Below are positions 1-11,803 of a stretch of 64,000 nt of DNA, piece by piece; the stretch's first letter is position 1, and the number at the start of each line of letters is the position of its first letter. Location: contig OX597827.1 in NCBI GenBank assembly GCA_951406725.2, positions 30,566,001-30,630,000 of the forward strand, written 5' to 3'. The notes beneath the pieces are model-generated. The model ran no database searches. It was given only the letters and a program-made list of their open reading frames with translations, and was not told where the DNA came from. The position numbers and the translations under genes were made by a program. This DNA is from Octopus vulgaris. Its lineage: Eukaryota.

Positions 1-498
1 TGGTAAATTTCTGAAAGCTTGGAATTTTTGAAGGATACACTGTCCTTACAGCTAAAAACTGACACGAGAAGTTTATTACATGCTTCAATGTTAATTCTGT
101 GAGTGAAAAAAATACTTCCAAAAGTCATGGGTGTTGTACTTTGTTTTGATTATGTTACTAATAATCATTTCTTTATTGGCTACAAAGGTAGAAGGCCAGA
201 AAGTTGGTTATATTAACCCTAGAACTTGACTGGTACCTTTATTTCATCAATCTGAGGTAGGTGTAAAACAAAGCTGACTTCAGCAGGATTTGAACTCAAA
301 CTGTAAATATCCAGAACAAATACTGCAAGGCAATAATTATATTCACTTCCGCAAATTTTTGGAATGAATAGAATCTATTTACTTGATTCAAGTCCTGACA
401 CTTTATTTTATTGACCCCTTGAGGATGAAAAGCAATGTTATGTACACAGGACTTAAAGTGATATAACTAAATAGAAAAATTATAAAAGAAAAACCTAC

Positions 499-619
499 CT
501 TCTATTTCTTTAAGTATCTTTTCTTTCTTTCGTTGCAAAAGTACCTGTTTTTTCCTCTCAGCTTCTGCTTCTCTTTGTCGTTCTACAATTGTCCTGGCAT
601 GGATATCATTAAAATCAAC
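499..619 (-). CDS. UVSSA: UVSSA coding exon 4 (VDFNDIHARTIVERQREAEAERKKQVLLQRKKEKILKEIE); gene continues beyond position 1
   Basis: VDF.D..AR...ER.RE continuation of UVSSA. Acceptor catcAG, donor GTaggt. 121 nt. Confidence 0.93.
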
Positions 620-1488
620 CTGATGGGTGACAAAATGAAGATTCTACAGTAATCCTGATTGACAAAGTACCGTCAAGTTTAGGCCGTACACTCTTAGTAT
701 AATGGGGTTATGACTTGATTCCAATGTTCAGTTGTAAGCATTACCCTTCATTCACATTTCTGATGTCCTTTCCCAAAAATCTGCACACACACCACATCCA
801 GGGCTACCAAACATACTCAACTCTCCTTCCTTCATCACTATAACTGTGCCACAATCCACATTTGACTTCACTAAATATTTTCCTCAATCATTCCTTCTCA
901 AAACTGCATCACTCTTGAATTTCCTTTCTTCCCACATTTTTGTTTGTTAGTTTTTGTAACTAAATTGGTCTAGATTGAACACTGCTATGGTCAAAAGTAT
1001 TCTATCCATGACCATATCCTCTTGTTTTCAAGCATAATTTTTCTGTGTAGGACAACATTAACCATTGTGTACCACCCATATTGGTCAGTGAACCAGAGAA
1101 TGCTTTAAAGTTGATGGAGAGAAATAAAGTCCCAAGTAAAAGATGATATAACATTCAGTCTATATGCATGGAAATGTATAATTAAGATTGAGCCAATGAT
1201 CAGTCATCCTGTTGGAAATAACAGCCAAATCTACTTCAAACTACTGTTTTAGAAGAGGAAAATGTTGGATAAGGTGATACTGGCAACCAAAACATAAGAA
1301 AAAATGTGTGAAGTCATGGTTGAAATGCTTTTGATCTTAGATTTGACCAATCAAAATGTAAAACCAAAAGTCTTAAGTTTTGATTGGATTTAAACAACAG
1401 CAACAACAACAATAACATTGCTACCACTGAAACATGACAAGGGTATGGACATTAAGTTATTGCCCTTGTATAGGAATAATTATTTTAC

Positions 1489-1643
1489 CATTTTACAATT
1501 CTTCAGGAAATTATAGCCTAGAGCAAGTTTTTTATAAGCGTTTCCAAATTTCTCATTCCATTGTTGGATAGCTTTCAGAGCTTCAAACCTCAGTCGTTTG
1601 GCCACAACTTTAGGCGGTGGTAAAGGTTCTTCAGGGTCAATGC
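1489..1643 (-). CDS. UVSSA: UVSSA coding exon 3 (IDPEEPLPPPKVVAKRLRFEALKAIQQWNEKFGNAYKKLALGYNFLKNCKM)
   Basis: PLPPP and WNEKFG.AYKKLALGY.FL motifs characteristic of UVSSA. AG/GT boundaries. 155 nt, ends in phase 0. Confidence 0.95.
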
Positions 1644-1895
1644 CTTAAAATAAATAAAAAAAAAAAAAAGCATTAAAAATAATGGTTTCAAATCATGGCG
1701 CAGAGCCAGCAGTTTTTGAGGGAGAGGGAAGTCGATTACATTGGCTCCAGTACTTGACAAAAGGAGGACAAGCAAAGTCAACCTTGGTGGAATTTGAACA
1801 CGGAACATATATACAAAGGAAAAGCTACTAAGCAATCTGTTCAACATGCTAAAACATTAAAAAATTATAAAAATAGATATTAAATAAAAGTGTTT

Positions 1896-2365
1896 AATTA
1901 CCTCCACCTTAGCGATGGTAGAGGTATTGTTTTCAACCATATTTGTTTGTTTGCTTGTTTGTCTGTGGACAAGGTATCTCAAAAACTGCTGGATGGATTT
2001 GGATGAAACTTCCAGGGATGTTTGGCATCGTGACTGGCACAAACTGATTAGATTTTTGGGATCGATCTGGTACTGGACAAGGATTCTGGATTATTTTTCC
2101 TGTTTTTTTACTTAATTTTTGCGAGTGGTTGGATTCATTTTTAGTTTTTTGTTCGTGAGGGCAGTTGAGTTTATTTCATATATTCTCATTTTAAAAATCA
2201 TCTCCGGCTAATCGTTGAGAGGACGTTAGTGTTGTCTTGGCAGTGGTTTGCGCTCTCTGAGTGCTCGTTTCAGATCTTCTTGTTTTAAAAATCATCTCTG
2301 GCTAATCATTGAGAGGACATTGGTACTGCCTTGGTGGAGGTTTGCACTTTCTGAGTGCTCTTGTT
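1896..2365 (+). mobile_element. Helentron-type non-autonomous element (HINE/DINE-1-like) with duplicated 3' end
   Basis: Subterminal inverted repeat acctccacc..../ccttggtggaggt, GTTT/GTCT microsatellite, and 3' stem-loop gcactttctgagtgc. The last ~80 bp occur twice. A second copy lies at 37274-37776. Confidence 0.65.
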
Positions 2366-2698
2366 GGTAATTGATTTTCTAACTATTCTACTAAGTGAAA
2401 CTAAACAACAAAAACAACATGTCAGTAATGATACCATAATGGATGTCTACAACCTGTACCTGCAAGAATTGCAACCTGTACCTGCAGGTTTGCAAGACAA
2501 GGATGTCTCAGCTGAGAGAGGGAGAGGAACTGAGAGGAGCAGTTGTGTGCCAGGCAAAAGGAGGGAGCATGATAGAGGACCAGGGATAGATGTTTTACCA
2601 TAAAAGAGATACTTCTACCCTTGTAGGACAAGAAAATGGAGGAAGGTAGAAGAAAGAGAGTGAAATATAAGAACAGTCAGAATGAGAGAGAGCTGTCT

Positions 2699-2827
2699 TA
2701 GGGTGTCTCATAATGATGATGGAGCACAGTTTATTTGCAATACTTCTAATTTATTTGTAATAGATGTGTTTGTTCCAGTCCAAGTTACCAGTGTTTAAAA
2801 TGTGCCCCATCATTATAAGACACTCTG
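2699..2827. mobile_element. Tc1/mariner-type MITE
   Basis: Imperfect ~27-bp TIRs agggtgtctcataatgat..ggagcac / gtgccccatcattataagacactctg, right end followed by TA. Confidence 0.6.
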
Positions 2828-2996
2828 TACATCATATTACCTCAGTTTTAACAAAAGGCTACAGTGGAGTTTAACTATCTGTCAGTTATCATAAATAGAT
2901 CACAAAGTGATTTGGTGGAGTATGGCTGTGGTTAAGAATCCGTGAGGTTCTGAGTTCAATCCTATTGCATAACATCTTACATAAATGTCATTTTGG

Positions 2997-3430
2997 GGCA
3001 CAGGCATGGCTGTGTGCTTAAGAAGGTTGCTTTCCAATCATATTGTTTCAGGTTTCAATCCCACTGCATGTCTCCTTATGCAAGTACCTTCTACTATAGT
3101 CTCAGACCAACCAATGCCTTGTGAGTGGATTTGGTTGACAGAAACTGTGTAGAAACAGTAAGGCAGTAAGCTGACAGAAACGTTAGCATGCCGGTGAAAT
3201 GCGTAGCCGTATTTCGTCTGCCGATACGTTCTGAGTTCAAGTTCCACCGATGCCAACTTTGCCTTTCATCCTTTCGGGGTCGATAAATTAAGTACCAGTT
3301 ACGCACTGGGTTCAATGTAATCGACTTAATCCCGTTGTCTGTCCTTGTTTGTCCCCTCTATGTTTAGCCCCTTGTGGGCAATAAAGAAATAAAAAACTGT
3401 GTGGAAACCTGTCATGTGTGTGTGTGTGCA

Positions 3431-3491
<61 letters not shown>

Positions 3492-3650
3492 ATGTGTCTC
3501 TCTCTTTGTGTTTGTCCTCCTATCATTTGTTTCCACCCCACAGTAAAAATGTTTGATAGATATACCAGCTATAAAAAAATAAAGTACTGCTTGACTAAGC
3601 CCTTGAAGACAATGGCCCAACATGGCTGCAGTCCAATAATTGAGAAAGAT
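2997..3650 (+). mobile_element. SINE family A copy interrupted by a SINE family B copy (about 3160-3393)
   Basis: tRNA-like head (tggctgtgtg...ggtttcaatccc), internal (TG)n and tail shared with 13942-14306. The nested element is bounded by a 15-bp duplication at 3142-3156 and 3394-3408. Confidence 0.8.
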
Positions 3651-3686
3651 ATAAGAGTAGAATTAGCTTTTATAAAATATACTTAC

Positions 3687-3862
3687 CGACAGCCAGTGTA
3701 AAGAAAGGTTGAAGCTCTGACACCAATTTTTCTCGGAAGCAATGAGATCTTTGAAAAAGTTCATTGATTATCATAAAAGTTGACCACCTGACTTCAGCAT
3801 GTTCCTTGCAGAGATGCACCATCAACAGATCATATGCACGGAGAACATAAATATTGGAAACT
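3687..3862 (-). CDS. UVSSA: UVSSA coding exon 2 (VSNIYVLRAYDLLMVHLCKEHAEVRWSTFMIINELFQRSHCFREKLVSELQPFFTLAV|G)
   Basis: EHAE.R......ELF.RSH.FR motif of the UVSSA VHS-like domain. Acceptor ttcccttaccAG, donor GTaagt. 176 nt, phase-compatible with both neighbouring exons. Confidence 0.95.
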
Positions 3863-3992
3863 CTGGTAAGGGAAAAAAAAGAATCATTGGATGGCAAATA
3901 TGATACAGGGTTTTGTAGTCTTAAACTGACTAGGGATAACTTATATCTGGATATTAAAAGTTCTTAACCATACAGTCATGCCTGTGTGTGTG

Positions 3993-4032
<40 letters not shown>

Positions 4033-4633
4033 TATATGAATAAATAAATAAATGGAGTTGAACGAAGATGTTAACAAAATTCCTTTACATATGTTTCGAA
4101 GACAACATGGTTTTATTCCAAAGGAATAAACGGTGTAAAATGCAATCTTCTCATCAGGAAAGAAAGAGAGCCTCTCATGATGACTGCCTACATGATAAAC
4201 AGAACGTTATTAAGTATTTAAAAAGACCGTTAGTAGATTTGATGTCAAACGCAGATAGTAGGAAGAGAAGGGTTAAAGGAATAAGTAGAGAACAAATAGA
4301 GAGGGATACGTTGATTAAAAAAATATTCAAAGGCTTAGAAATAGACTTCTCTATTGAAGTAAAGTGCAAGTTAAACTAACTGTTCAAACTATAAAGACTG
4401 GCAAAATCACTTATATGAGTAAAAAGTATGTTTCTGCCAGTGTTTACATTTGTACGATCGCTCTATAACGAAAAGGCAGACTTCTATAACGCCGCCTTGA
4501 TAAAAGCTGGCTATAAAGAGAAAGTGTCATACATTGATTCTGCTCAATCTAGTCCTATTATCTACTTCTTAAGACAAAATATCTAGTTGTAATAGTAAGA
4601 GTGATTTTAATTCAAATAGCGTAAGCAGCGCAA

Positions 4634-7444
4634 TCTCTTATGATAAAAGGCAGATTTTCTGTGCCTGTTCCCATGTTCCTTTTTAATACAATTCTACAAT
4701 ATAGAATTTCTTCAATTGGAATTTACCTATGATTTTTCGAAGTAGATTCGATTGGGTCATGGCATGTAAAGTTTTTTCAATTTGACCCCCAATTAAGCAA
4801 AAATTCGAGAAAACTCAATATTTTACGATTTGCCTCTCTCATTTCAAGTGGTTTACTCCTGCTATTATCACCACACTTTCTCCTACTTTCTCTTTGCAAG
4901 TGTGAAACTATTAAAGTGAAAGTATTATATAACAGGGATGAGCCATTAATAGTGGTCATCCTTTTTTCCAGAGGAAGATCCGCTATGGTCTTATATGCTA
5001 CACCACTGGTTTTCAATTCATATTAACCAAATTAATATTCAATTTTTCACCCTTATTGTGTGTGTGTGTGTGTGTATTAGCAATTCATATAAAATTGCAT
5101 CAATGACTTGAACTTGAATAAGTGGTTTCACATAAATGGGGATGAATTAAAAAGGTTTCTTATTATTATTACTGTTTGACTATTGTAATCACATTTGTTG
5201 GTTCCTCGTCAGGGAAACGTTGTTGTGTTGCATTTGTTAAATAACTGTAAAGCGTAACCCTCTCCCTTTGGTTATTGTTTAAAAATTGAATTGTGTCCCT
5301 GTTTGGGGAAACTGACAATATTTTCACTGTCTTTACGGAAGCATTTTTGTTAAAATGCCTTCGATAGAAGAAAGTCCAAAAATGAATTTCGCTGCAGCCA
5401 TACACTTCTATACAAGAGGGAGGACAAGATCCAATTGATCGAAATTGCAAGAGAAGGGCCTACAATTCCAGTCTGTTATATATTTTGAGTATTGTTATCA
5501 CTAGCGATATCAAGATATAACTTTGTATTTTGTATTTTATGTGTAGATGTATATATATAGATGTACATGTAATATGTACACATATATACATGCATAATAT
5601 ATCTACCCATACATACATACGCACACACACACATACATAGGGGCAGGTGTGGCTGTGTGGTAACAAACTACGTTCCAAACACATGGTCCTGGGTTCAGTC
5701 CCACTGTGTGGTGACTTGGCATGTGTCTTCTGCTGTAGCTTCAGACCAACAAAAGCCTTAGTGGATTTTGTACATACATATATATACATGCATACATACA
5801 TATTCGGCATAAACACTCTACCACTACAACTAATAACTGTTGGGAATACTTTCAAACCTGCCTTACATTCGAACCGGAATCTCAAAAACATTGTCCCTTT
5901 CAGCGCCAAGCTCAACTGCTCTATCCTGACAGGGAGGGTATCAGCAATGAAATTTATAACAAAACACTCATTGACGTTGAAGACAGAATTGCTAAACTGG
6001 GTGGAAATGAATTGTCGACGTATGGCCTGCCACAAGCATTCAGGTCAGGGTCAAATAGCCTTCCCACTGCTGTCATTCGTGAAACAACCTACGACACTCA
6101 AGCGCTTTCAAAGTACATTGTTGAAAATGAGCCTAAATTACTTCCGGATAGGTAGCATCAGGACGTTGCAGTAGCTGTAGCCTCCTCTGGCATTGCAGCT
6201 ACTTTGTTACCCGGTGGCAGAACAGCACACTCAACTTTTAAACTCCCTCTCAATTTAGCAGCATCCAAAATGCCTTCATGCAACATCAACAAAAGCTCAG
6301 ATCAGGGACAAGTACTTAAAATGTGTTATGTAATTGTCTGGGATGAGTGCACTATGGCTCACAAGGGAGCTTTGGAAGCATTAGATAGAGCCCTGAAAGA
6401 CATCCGAGACTGTCAGCCTCCAATGGGAGGTGTAACGCTTCTGTTGTCAGGTGATTTCAGGCAAACTCTTCCTGTCATTCTGAAAGGCACTAGAGCTGAT
6501 GAAGTTCAAGCATGCCTAAAGTCCTCTACCCTGTGGCATCATGTTACAATCTTTAGTCTCACCACGGCGACAAAATGTCCACAAAGTTTGCACAGGACAT
6601 TTTGACACTTGGTGAAGGCAAGATGCCTCTCGATGCTGCAGGACAAATGGAAGTGTGGTCATTTTCCTCTGTTGTTAATTCTGTAGATGACCTCAAAAAC
6701 AAAGTCTTTCCCAACTTCACACAAAACTACCAAAATCACAATTGGCTGTGTGAAAGAGCAATATTAGCTCCAAAAAACGTCGCTGTTAACAAAATTAATC
6801 AACAGCTAATGCATTCTCTTCCCGGCACTATACACACTTACAATTCTGTTGATACAATTCCAGATATAAATGAAGTTGTGAACTATCCTCCTGAATTTCT
6901 CAATTCACTGGAGCCCTCCTCGACTACCTCCACACATATTACCACTTAAAGTTGGAACTCCTGTAATGCTACTCTGCAATCTGGAACCACCAAGACTTTG
7001 CAATGGAAGACGACTGGTGATAAAGAAAATGATATTACATGTTATTGAGGCGATCATTCTTTCTGGATGTGGAAAAGGTGATGACGTCTTTATTCCAAGA
7101 TTTCCTCTTACTCCATCAGGAGCAGAAATTCCATTTACATTCAGAAGACTGCAATTCCCCCTTTATGTCAGCTTTGCCATGTCCATTAACAAATCTCAGG
7201 GTCAAACCCTCTCTGTAGCTGGTCTTCTCTTGGAAGAGCCCTGCTTCTCGCATAGGCAACTGTATGTTGGCTGCTCAAGAGTAGGAACCAAAAGAAACCT
7301 TTTTGTATATGCTCCACCAGGACAAACAAGGAACATTGTTTACAACGAGGTGTAATAATCTCAACAGCCAGGAGGTATATACATGATCCCCTTTTTTTAA
7401 ACAAACTTCATGTACTTTCATGTATTTATATTAATATACATATA

Positions 7445-7491
<47 letters not shown>

Positions 7492-7559
7492 CCATATATA
7501 ACAGAAAAGTCTAATTCTTCTATTGAATGTAACCGGGCAACGCTGGGTATCTCTGCTAG
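4634..7559 (+). mobile_element. Helitron (internally deleted, carries PIF1-like helicase remnant)
   Basis: 5' TC (A|TCTCTTATGATAAAAGGC), 3' hairpin ccgggcaacgctggg then CTAG|T. Removing it rejoins the Penelope reading frame (GCA A|TA CAT AAT). Confidence 0.88.
6160..7355 (+). pseudogene. Helitron Rep/Hel helicase C-terminal part, frameshifted
   Basis: Motifs VASSGIAATLLPGGRTAHSTFKLP, IVWDECTM, GDFRQTLPV, RAILAPKN, RLCNG.RL, RLQFP..FAMSINKSQGQT spread over three ORFs (6204-6605, 6575-6949, 6966-7355). Confidence 0.92.
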
Positions 7560-8323
7560 TACATAATACAAATTCTTTACAGACTAGGGGAGGTAAGCAT
7601 TATTTAACCTCAAATTTCCACCCAAGAAATTTTTCCTCTACCTTTATAGATAATACCACTTACAATTTAAATGTCACTAGGAAAAGTATCTGGTTTGTAA
7701 TTCCATTTGGAAAACAAATTAAATCGAACCTTCCATTGCAGCTCCGTGAAGCGGTTGCTAGGAACTTTCTAAAAAATTCTAGATATTATTCGATTATTAA
7801 CTCTCACAAAGTTAGAGTCGCTTTCTCCAACACTAAGAATCTTTCACAAATTATATCTTCTCACAATACCAATCTGCTAAAAAAAGGTTCTTTATCTGGG
7901 AGTTCCAACATTAATCTCGTTAATTCCAACCCCTCATATTATAATAATAATAATAATAATAATAATCATTGCAATAAAAACTTGGTTTCAATCTTTGAGG
8001 ACAACCCCAACAGAATTAAATTTTTGTCTAATAATTCTAAGATCAAGAATTCTATATACCAGTGTAAAATTTCTTCCAGTACCGATGTCTACTTCTACAT
8101 AGGCGCATCCACTTCCCAGTTAACCAAGAGAATTTCAAATCATTATTCATCATTTAGGGATGACAAAAAATGCCATAGTACAGGGCTAAGTAAATTGGTT
8201 TGGCACCTTAAAGACAACAATAAAGATTTTAAGTTAGATTGGTTCATACTGTCCGTATCATTTCCTTTCGATAAGGGCAAGAGATTTTGTAACATTTGCA
8301 ACTCTGAACTCTTCCATATTTAA
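7560..8323 (+). pseudogene. Penelope-like linker plus GIY-YIG endonuclease fragment
   Basis: SIYQCKI...FYIGAST....KRISNHYSSF...TGLSKLVWHLK...W.IL...FCNICNSE. No RT core, and a premature stop. Confidence 0.85.
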
Positions 8324-8678
8324 GAATCACCTTGTTAACAAACTTATAGAGTGATCGTACAAATGTAAACACTGGCAGAAACATACTTTTTACTCATATA
8401 AGTGATTTCGCCGGTCTTTATAGTTTGAACAGTTAGTTTAACTTGCACTTTACTTCAATAGAGAAGTCTATTTCTAAGCCTTTGAACATTTTTTTAATCA
8501 ACGTATCCCTCTCTATTTGTTCTCTACTTATTATTCCTTTAACCCTTCTCTTCCTACTATCTGCGTTTGACGTCAAATCTACTAACAGTTTTTTTTAAAT
8601 ACTCAATAACGTTCTGTTTATCATGTAGGCAGTCATCGTAATTGTTATAATGTCTTGTTGTTGAGAGAGGCTCTCTTT

Positions 8679-8760
8679 CTTTCCTGATGAGAAGATTGCA
8701 TTTTACACCATTTATTCCTTTGGAATAAAACCATGTTGTCTTCGAAACATATGTCGAAAG
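8679..8760 (+). ncRNA. Type I hammerhead ribozyme motif in the Penelope terminal repeat
   Basis: Stem I ctttc/gaaag, core CTGATGA (8684-8690), stem II gaaga/tcttc, GAAA, palindromic stem III ACATATGT, GTC cleavage triplet (8753-8755). Confidence 0.8.
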
Positions 8761-8960
8761 TAAAAGAATTTTATTAACATCTTCGTTCAACTCCATTTAT
8801 TTATTCATTTATAACACACAAATTACTGCACATTAACCCAGAGTTTCTACCTTTGGATAGGTCGCTTCAACCGTGTTTCTGACGTGAATTTTGCTACCCT
8901 GGTAACGGTTTATTGAATTTTCCATGTTAACGGTAAACATAGGATAATTCATTCATCCAT

Positions 8961-9000
<40 letters not shown>

Positions 9001-9014
9001 CTAAAAACATCTCC

Positions 9015-9303
9015 TTCAGTCATGAATGACCATGGGATTGCACTTATAAAGTTCCCCTCCAAGGCACAAGTCCTGGTAAGGCTGGTTTTGGAAGACCAGC
9101 AGTCGACCATGTATACCAGCCTCCCCTCTCCATGCCACCGATGTTATCCAAGAGAAAGGCAAAGGCCAATACATCTTGGCACCAGTGACATCACTGCTCA
9201 TTTCTACAGCTGAGTGAAATAAAGTTTCTTGCTCAAGAATACAACACACTGCCCAGTCCAGGAATCAAACTCACTGCCTCATGATTATGAGCCAATGCCC
9301 TAA
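9015..9303 (-). mobile_element. SINE family C copy
   Basis: Colinear with 16157-16497 and with the reverse complement of 38283-38556. Confidence 0.75.
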
Positions 9304-9543
9304 CACACACACACACACACACACAATCATCATCATTTAACATCAGTCTTCCACATTGTTGGACAGAATCTGAGGATTGTATCATGTTCCAGTGTCAGCT
9401 TGACAGGATTTCTATGCCTGGATGCCCTTCCTAATATCAAACACTTTACAGAGTGTATTGGGTACATTTTCCATGTTACCATCACTAGTAAAGATTGCCT
9501 TCTACTAAGGACTAAATGTGGCCCCTATAATTAAGGAAATCTA

Positions 9544-9613
<70 letters not shown>

Positions 9614-10775
9614 TGATAGGTAGGTAGGTAGGAAGGTAGGTAGGTAGTGAGACTATAGGGGTGAGATAATGAGGGAGGGTAAGTAAGATGAGAGGAACAG
9701 ATTTATAGTTGTGGTAGGGTGGTAGTGGAGAGAGTAGTAGACACTAACAGGGGAAGTAAGATAGGTAACAGCAAGAAAAAGAAAGGATTAGTGTTAAGAG
9801 GTTATTGGGAAAACATGCAGGGGATAGAGTAGAAAGGTGACAGGGAGATTTTGTAGGTAGTGTTCCAAGGCTATCCAACATTATAAAAGCAAGTGTAATT
9901 GTAAGAGATATCCCACCAGTCTTGACATTTGTATTCTTAATATAATCTTTGGGTAGATTCAACAATATACTATATGGGAAAAGGTTTGGCTGGCCTACTG
10001 AATAACAAGTACAGTCTTTCTGTCATGACTCTATGTAATCCATGCCATTTCTGTCTATTCAGATTCATTCACAAGTTTGTGGTGGACTCAAGGCTAGTAA
10101 AAGATATATGTCTACATATGCATGCACACACACATGTACTCTAAAAAAAACGTTTTCATATGTCAAAAGAGAAGGGTTTGTAAAGCTTTGGGTGTAGTAT
10201 TTAGTAAATGAGAGGTAACTCTGCCACTGGATAGGACACCAGCTTTTTAAAAGTGATATTCCCCCAAAATTTTGGAAGTCAAGCATATATAGAATTTTTA
10301 ATTTAATTTTATTTATTTATTTATTTGCTGCTTAACAATGAAAGAAAACACCTGCAAGAGATATGAACACAAGGCCTACAAAGTTTTAATCCAATATTTT
10401 ATCCACTCAGCTATGAATATGTAGATAGTGTTCAATCCCAGATTCAGTTGTCTAACAGTTCACATCATACCCACATCTGCTGCACTGCATCCTTGGGTAA
10501 AAGAGTTTGTATATTCGTGCACAGACATCATTGCTAAAAGTAACAGCCACCCAGGAAATGATATTAAATTTACCCATTCAAATTGCCTTTATCCTTTTGA
10601 TATCAATCTGCCTCAAAAGCATTTGATGATGAGCAGAAATCAAGTGAAATGCAGTCTCATTGAAAATATAAGCTCTAGATATAAGACCAACAGACTATAA
10701 CACTTAGTGATATATCAATCAAAATGTAAATGTGTAAATATTGAAATATATTCCATCACAAAAGATGTGTAAATA

Positions 10776-10995
10776 TTCTTTACTACTCTAGGCACAGGGC
10801 CCGAAATTTTGGGGGATGGTGGGGGGCAGTTGATTAGATCAACCCCAGTACACAATTGGTACTTACTTTATCGACCCCAAAAGGATGAAAGGCAAAGTTG
10901 ACCTCGGTGGAATTTCAACTCAGAATATAAAGACAGATGAAATATTGTTAAGCATTTCGCCCGGCATGCTAATGATTCTGCCAGCTCGCCACCTT
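10776..10995 (-). mobile_element. SINE family B-related copy with target-site duplication
   Basis: Shares the body of 51378-51598. Flanked by direct repeat aaaagatgtgtaaatatt. Confidence 0.75.
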
Positions 10996-11681
10996 AAAAG
11001 ATGTGTAAATATTGAAATATGTTCCATCACAAAACAAAAGTTTAACCTGTTTGTTACTCTGTTTCTGTTGATATACTCTTTGTTTCAATTGATTTTGAAA
11101 ATAACGAAGAATTTAGCAAAATAACTTCGTTATAACAATAATTATTAAGCTGATGTTTGGAACATAAACTGGTTTCAAATTTAGGTACAAGGCCAACAAT
11201 TGTGAGGGAGAGAGTAAGTTGGTTACACTGACCTCATTGTTCAACAGGTACTTATTTTATTGGCATAAAAAAGCTGAAAGGTGGAGTTGGCCTTCGAGAC
11301 ATTTGAACTCAAAATGTAAAGAGTCAGAAGAAATGCCACTGACATTTTGTCCAATGTGCCAACAATTCTGCCAGCTCATGGCCTTTTGTTTCGAACATGA
11401 ATTACGATGAAATTTAGAAGGAAGATTTTAATTAGATCTCATTAAAAGCAAGAAGCATATATCATAAAACTGGGGTAGGTCCCAGGCATGTTGGTATCAA
11501 AAGGTTCAGACAGGAACAAAATACTCAGTGATCACTGAGGGTCGACCAATCAAAAGAATATTGAAATTTTCCTTCTCAAAAGTCAGAAAAATTGCAAAAT
11601 TATTATTTTATCAACAACAAAACAATTAAATTTGGACATTTAAATGTTTAATAAAAAAAAAATGAAAAAAACAAATCATAC

Positions 11682-11803
11682 TTGCAAATTTTTTTGAATT
11701 TTTTCATGATCTCCTCATCAAGAGTTTGTTTGCCAGAATTGGTCAGTTTTTCCAAATGTTCTGACATTTGATTACATAGGTCAGTATCCAGAACCTCATC
11801 CAT
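11682..11803 (-). CDS. UVSSA: UV-stimulated scaffold protein A, first coding exon (MDEVLDTDLCNQMSEHLEKLTNSGKQTLDEEIMKKFKKIC|K)
   Basis: Manual translation resembles the UVSSA N-terminus (LVEELTTSG...LNPEKMKELKKICK, recalled). ATG in aaaATGG context with an in-frame TGA two codons upstream. GT donor at 11681-11680. AG acceptor at 11853-11852, so the exon starts at 11851 with 5'UTR. Confidence 0.92.

Larger units (their letters stand above)
4036..8963 (+). mobile_element. 5'-truncated Penelope-like retroelement with inverted terminal repeat, interrupted by a Helitron
   Basis: 4036-4468 is the reverse complement of 8344-8808. RT-thumb remnant NEKADFYNAALIKAGYKEKVSY at 4467-4532. GIY-YIG endonuclease in ORF 7523-8323. 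(TA)n on both flanks. Confidence 0.88.

Noticed and set aside
6204-7355. Cellular PIF1 helicase gene
   Set aside because: Intronless, frameshifted and enclosed by Helitron termini.
7523-8323. Novel helicase plus nuclease operon-like system
   Set aside because: The juxtaposition is explained by a Helitron inserted into a Penelope element.
10428-10700. 90-aa ORF or box C/D snoRNA in the UVSSA intron
   Set aside because: No recognisable protein motif. The box C match is imperfect and there is no terminal stem.
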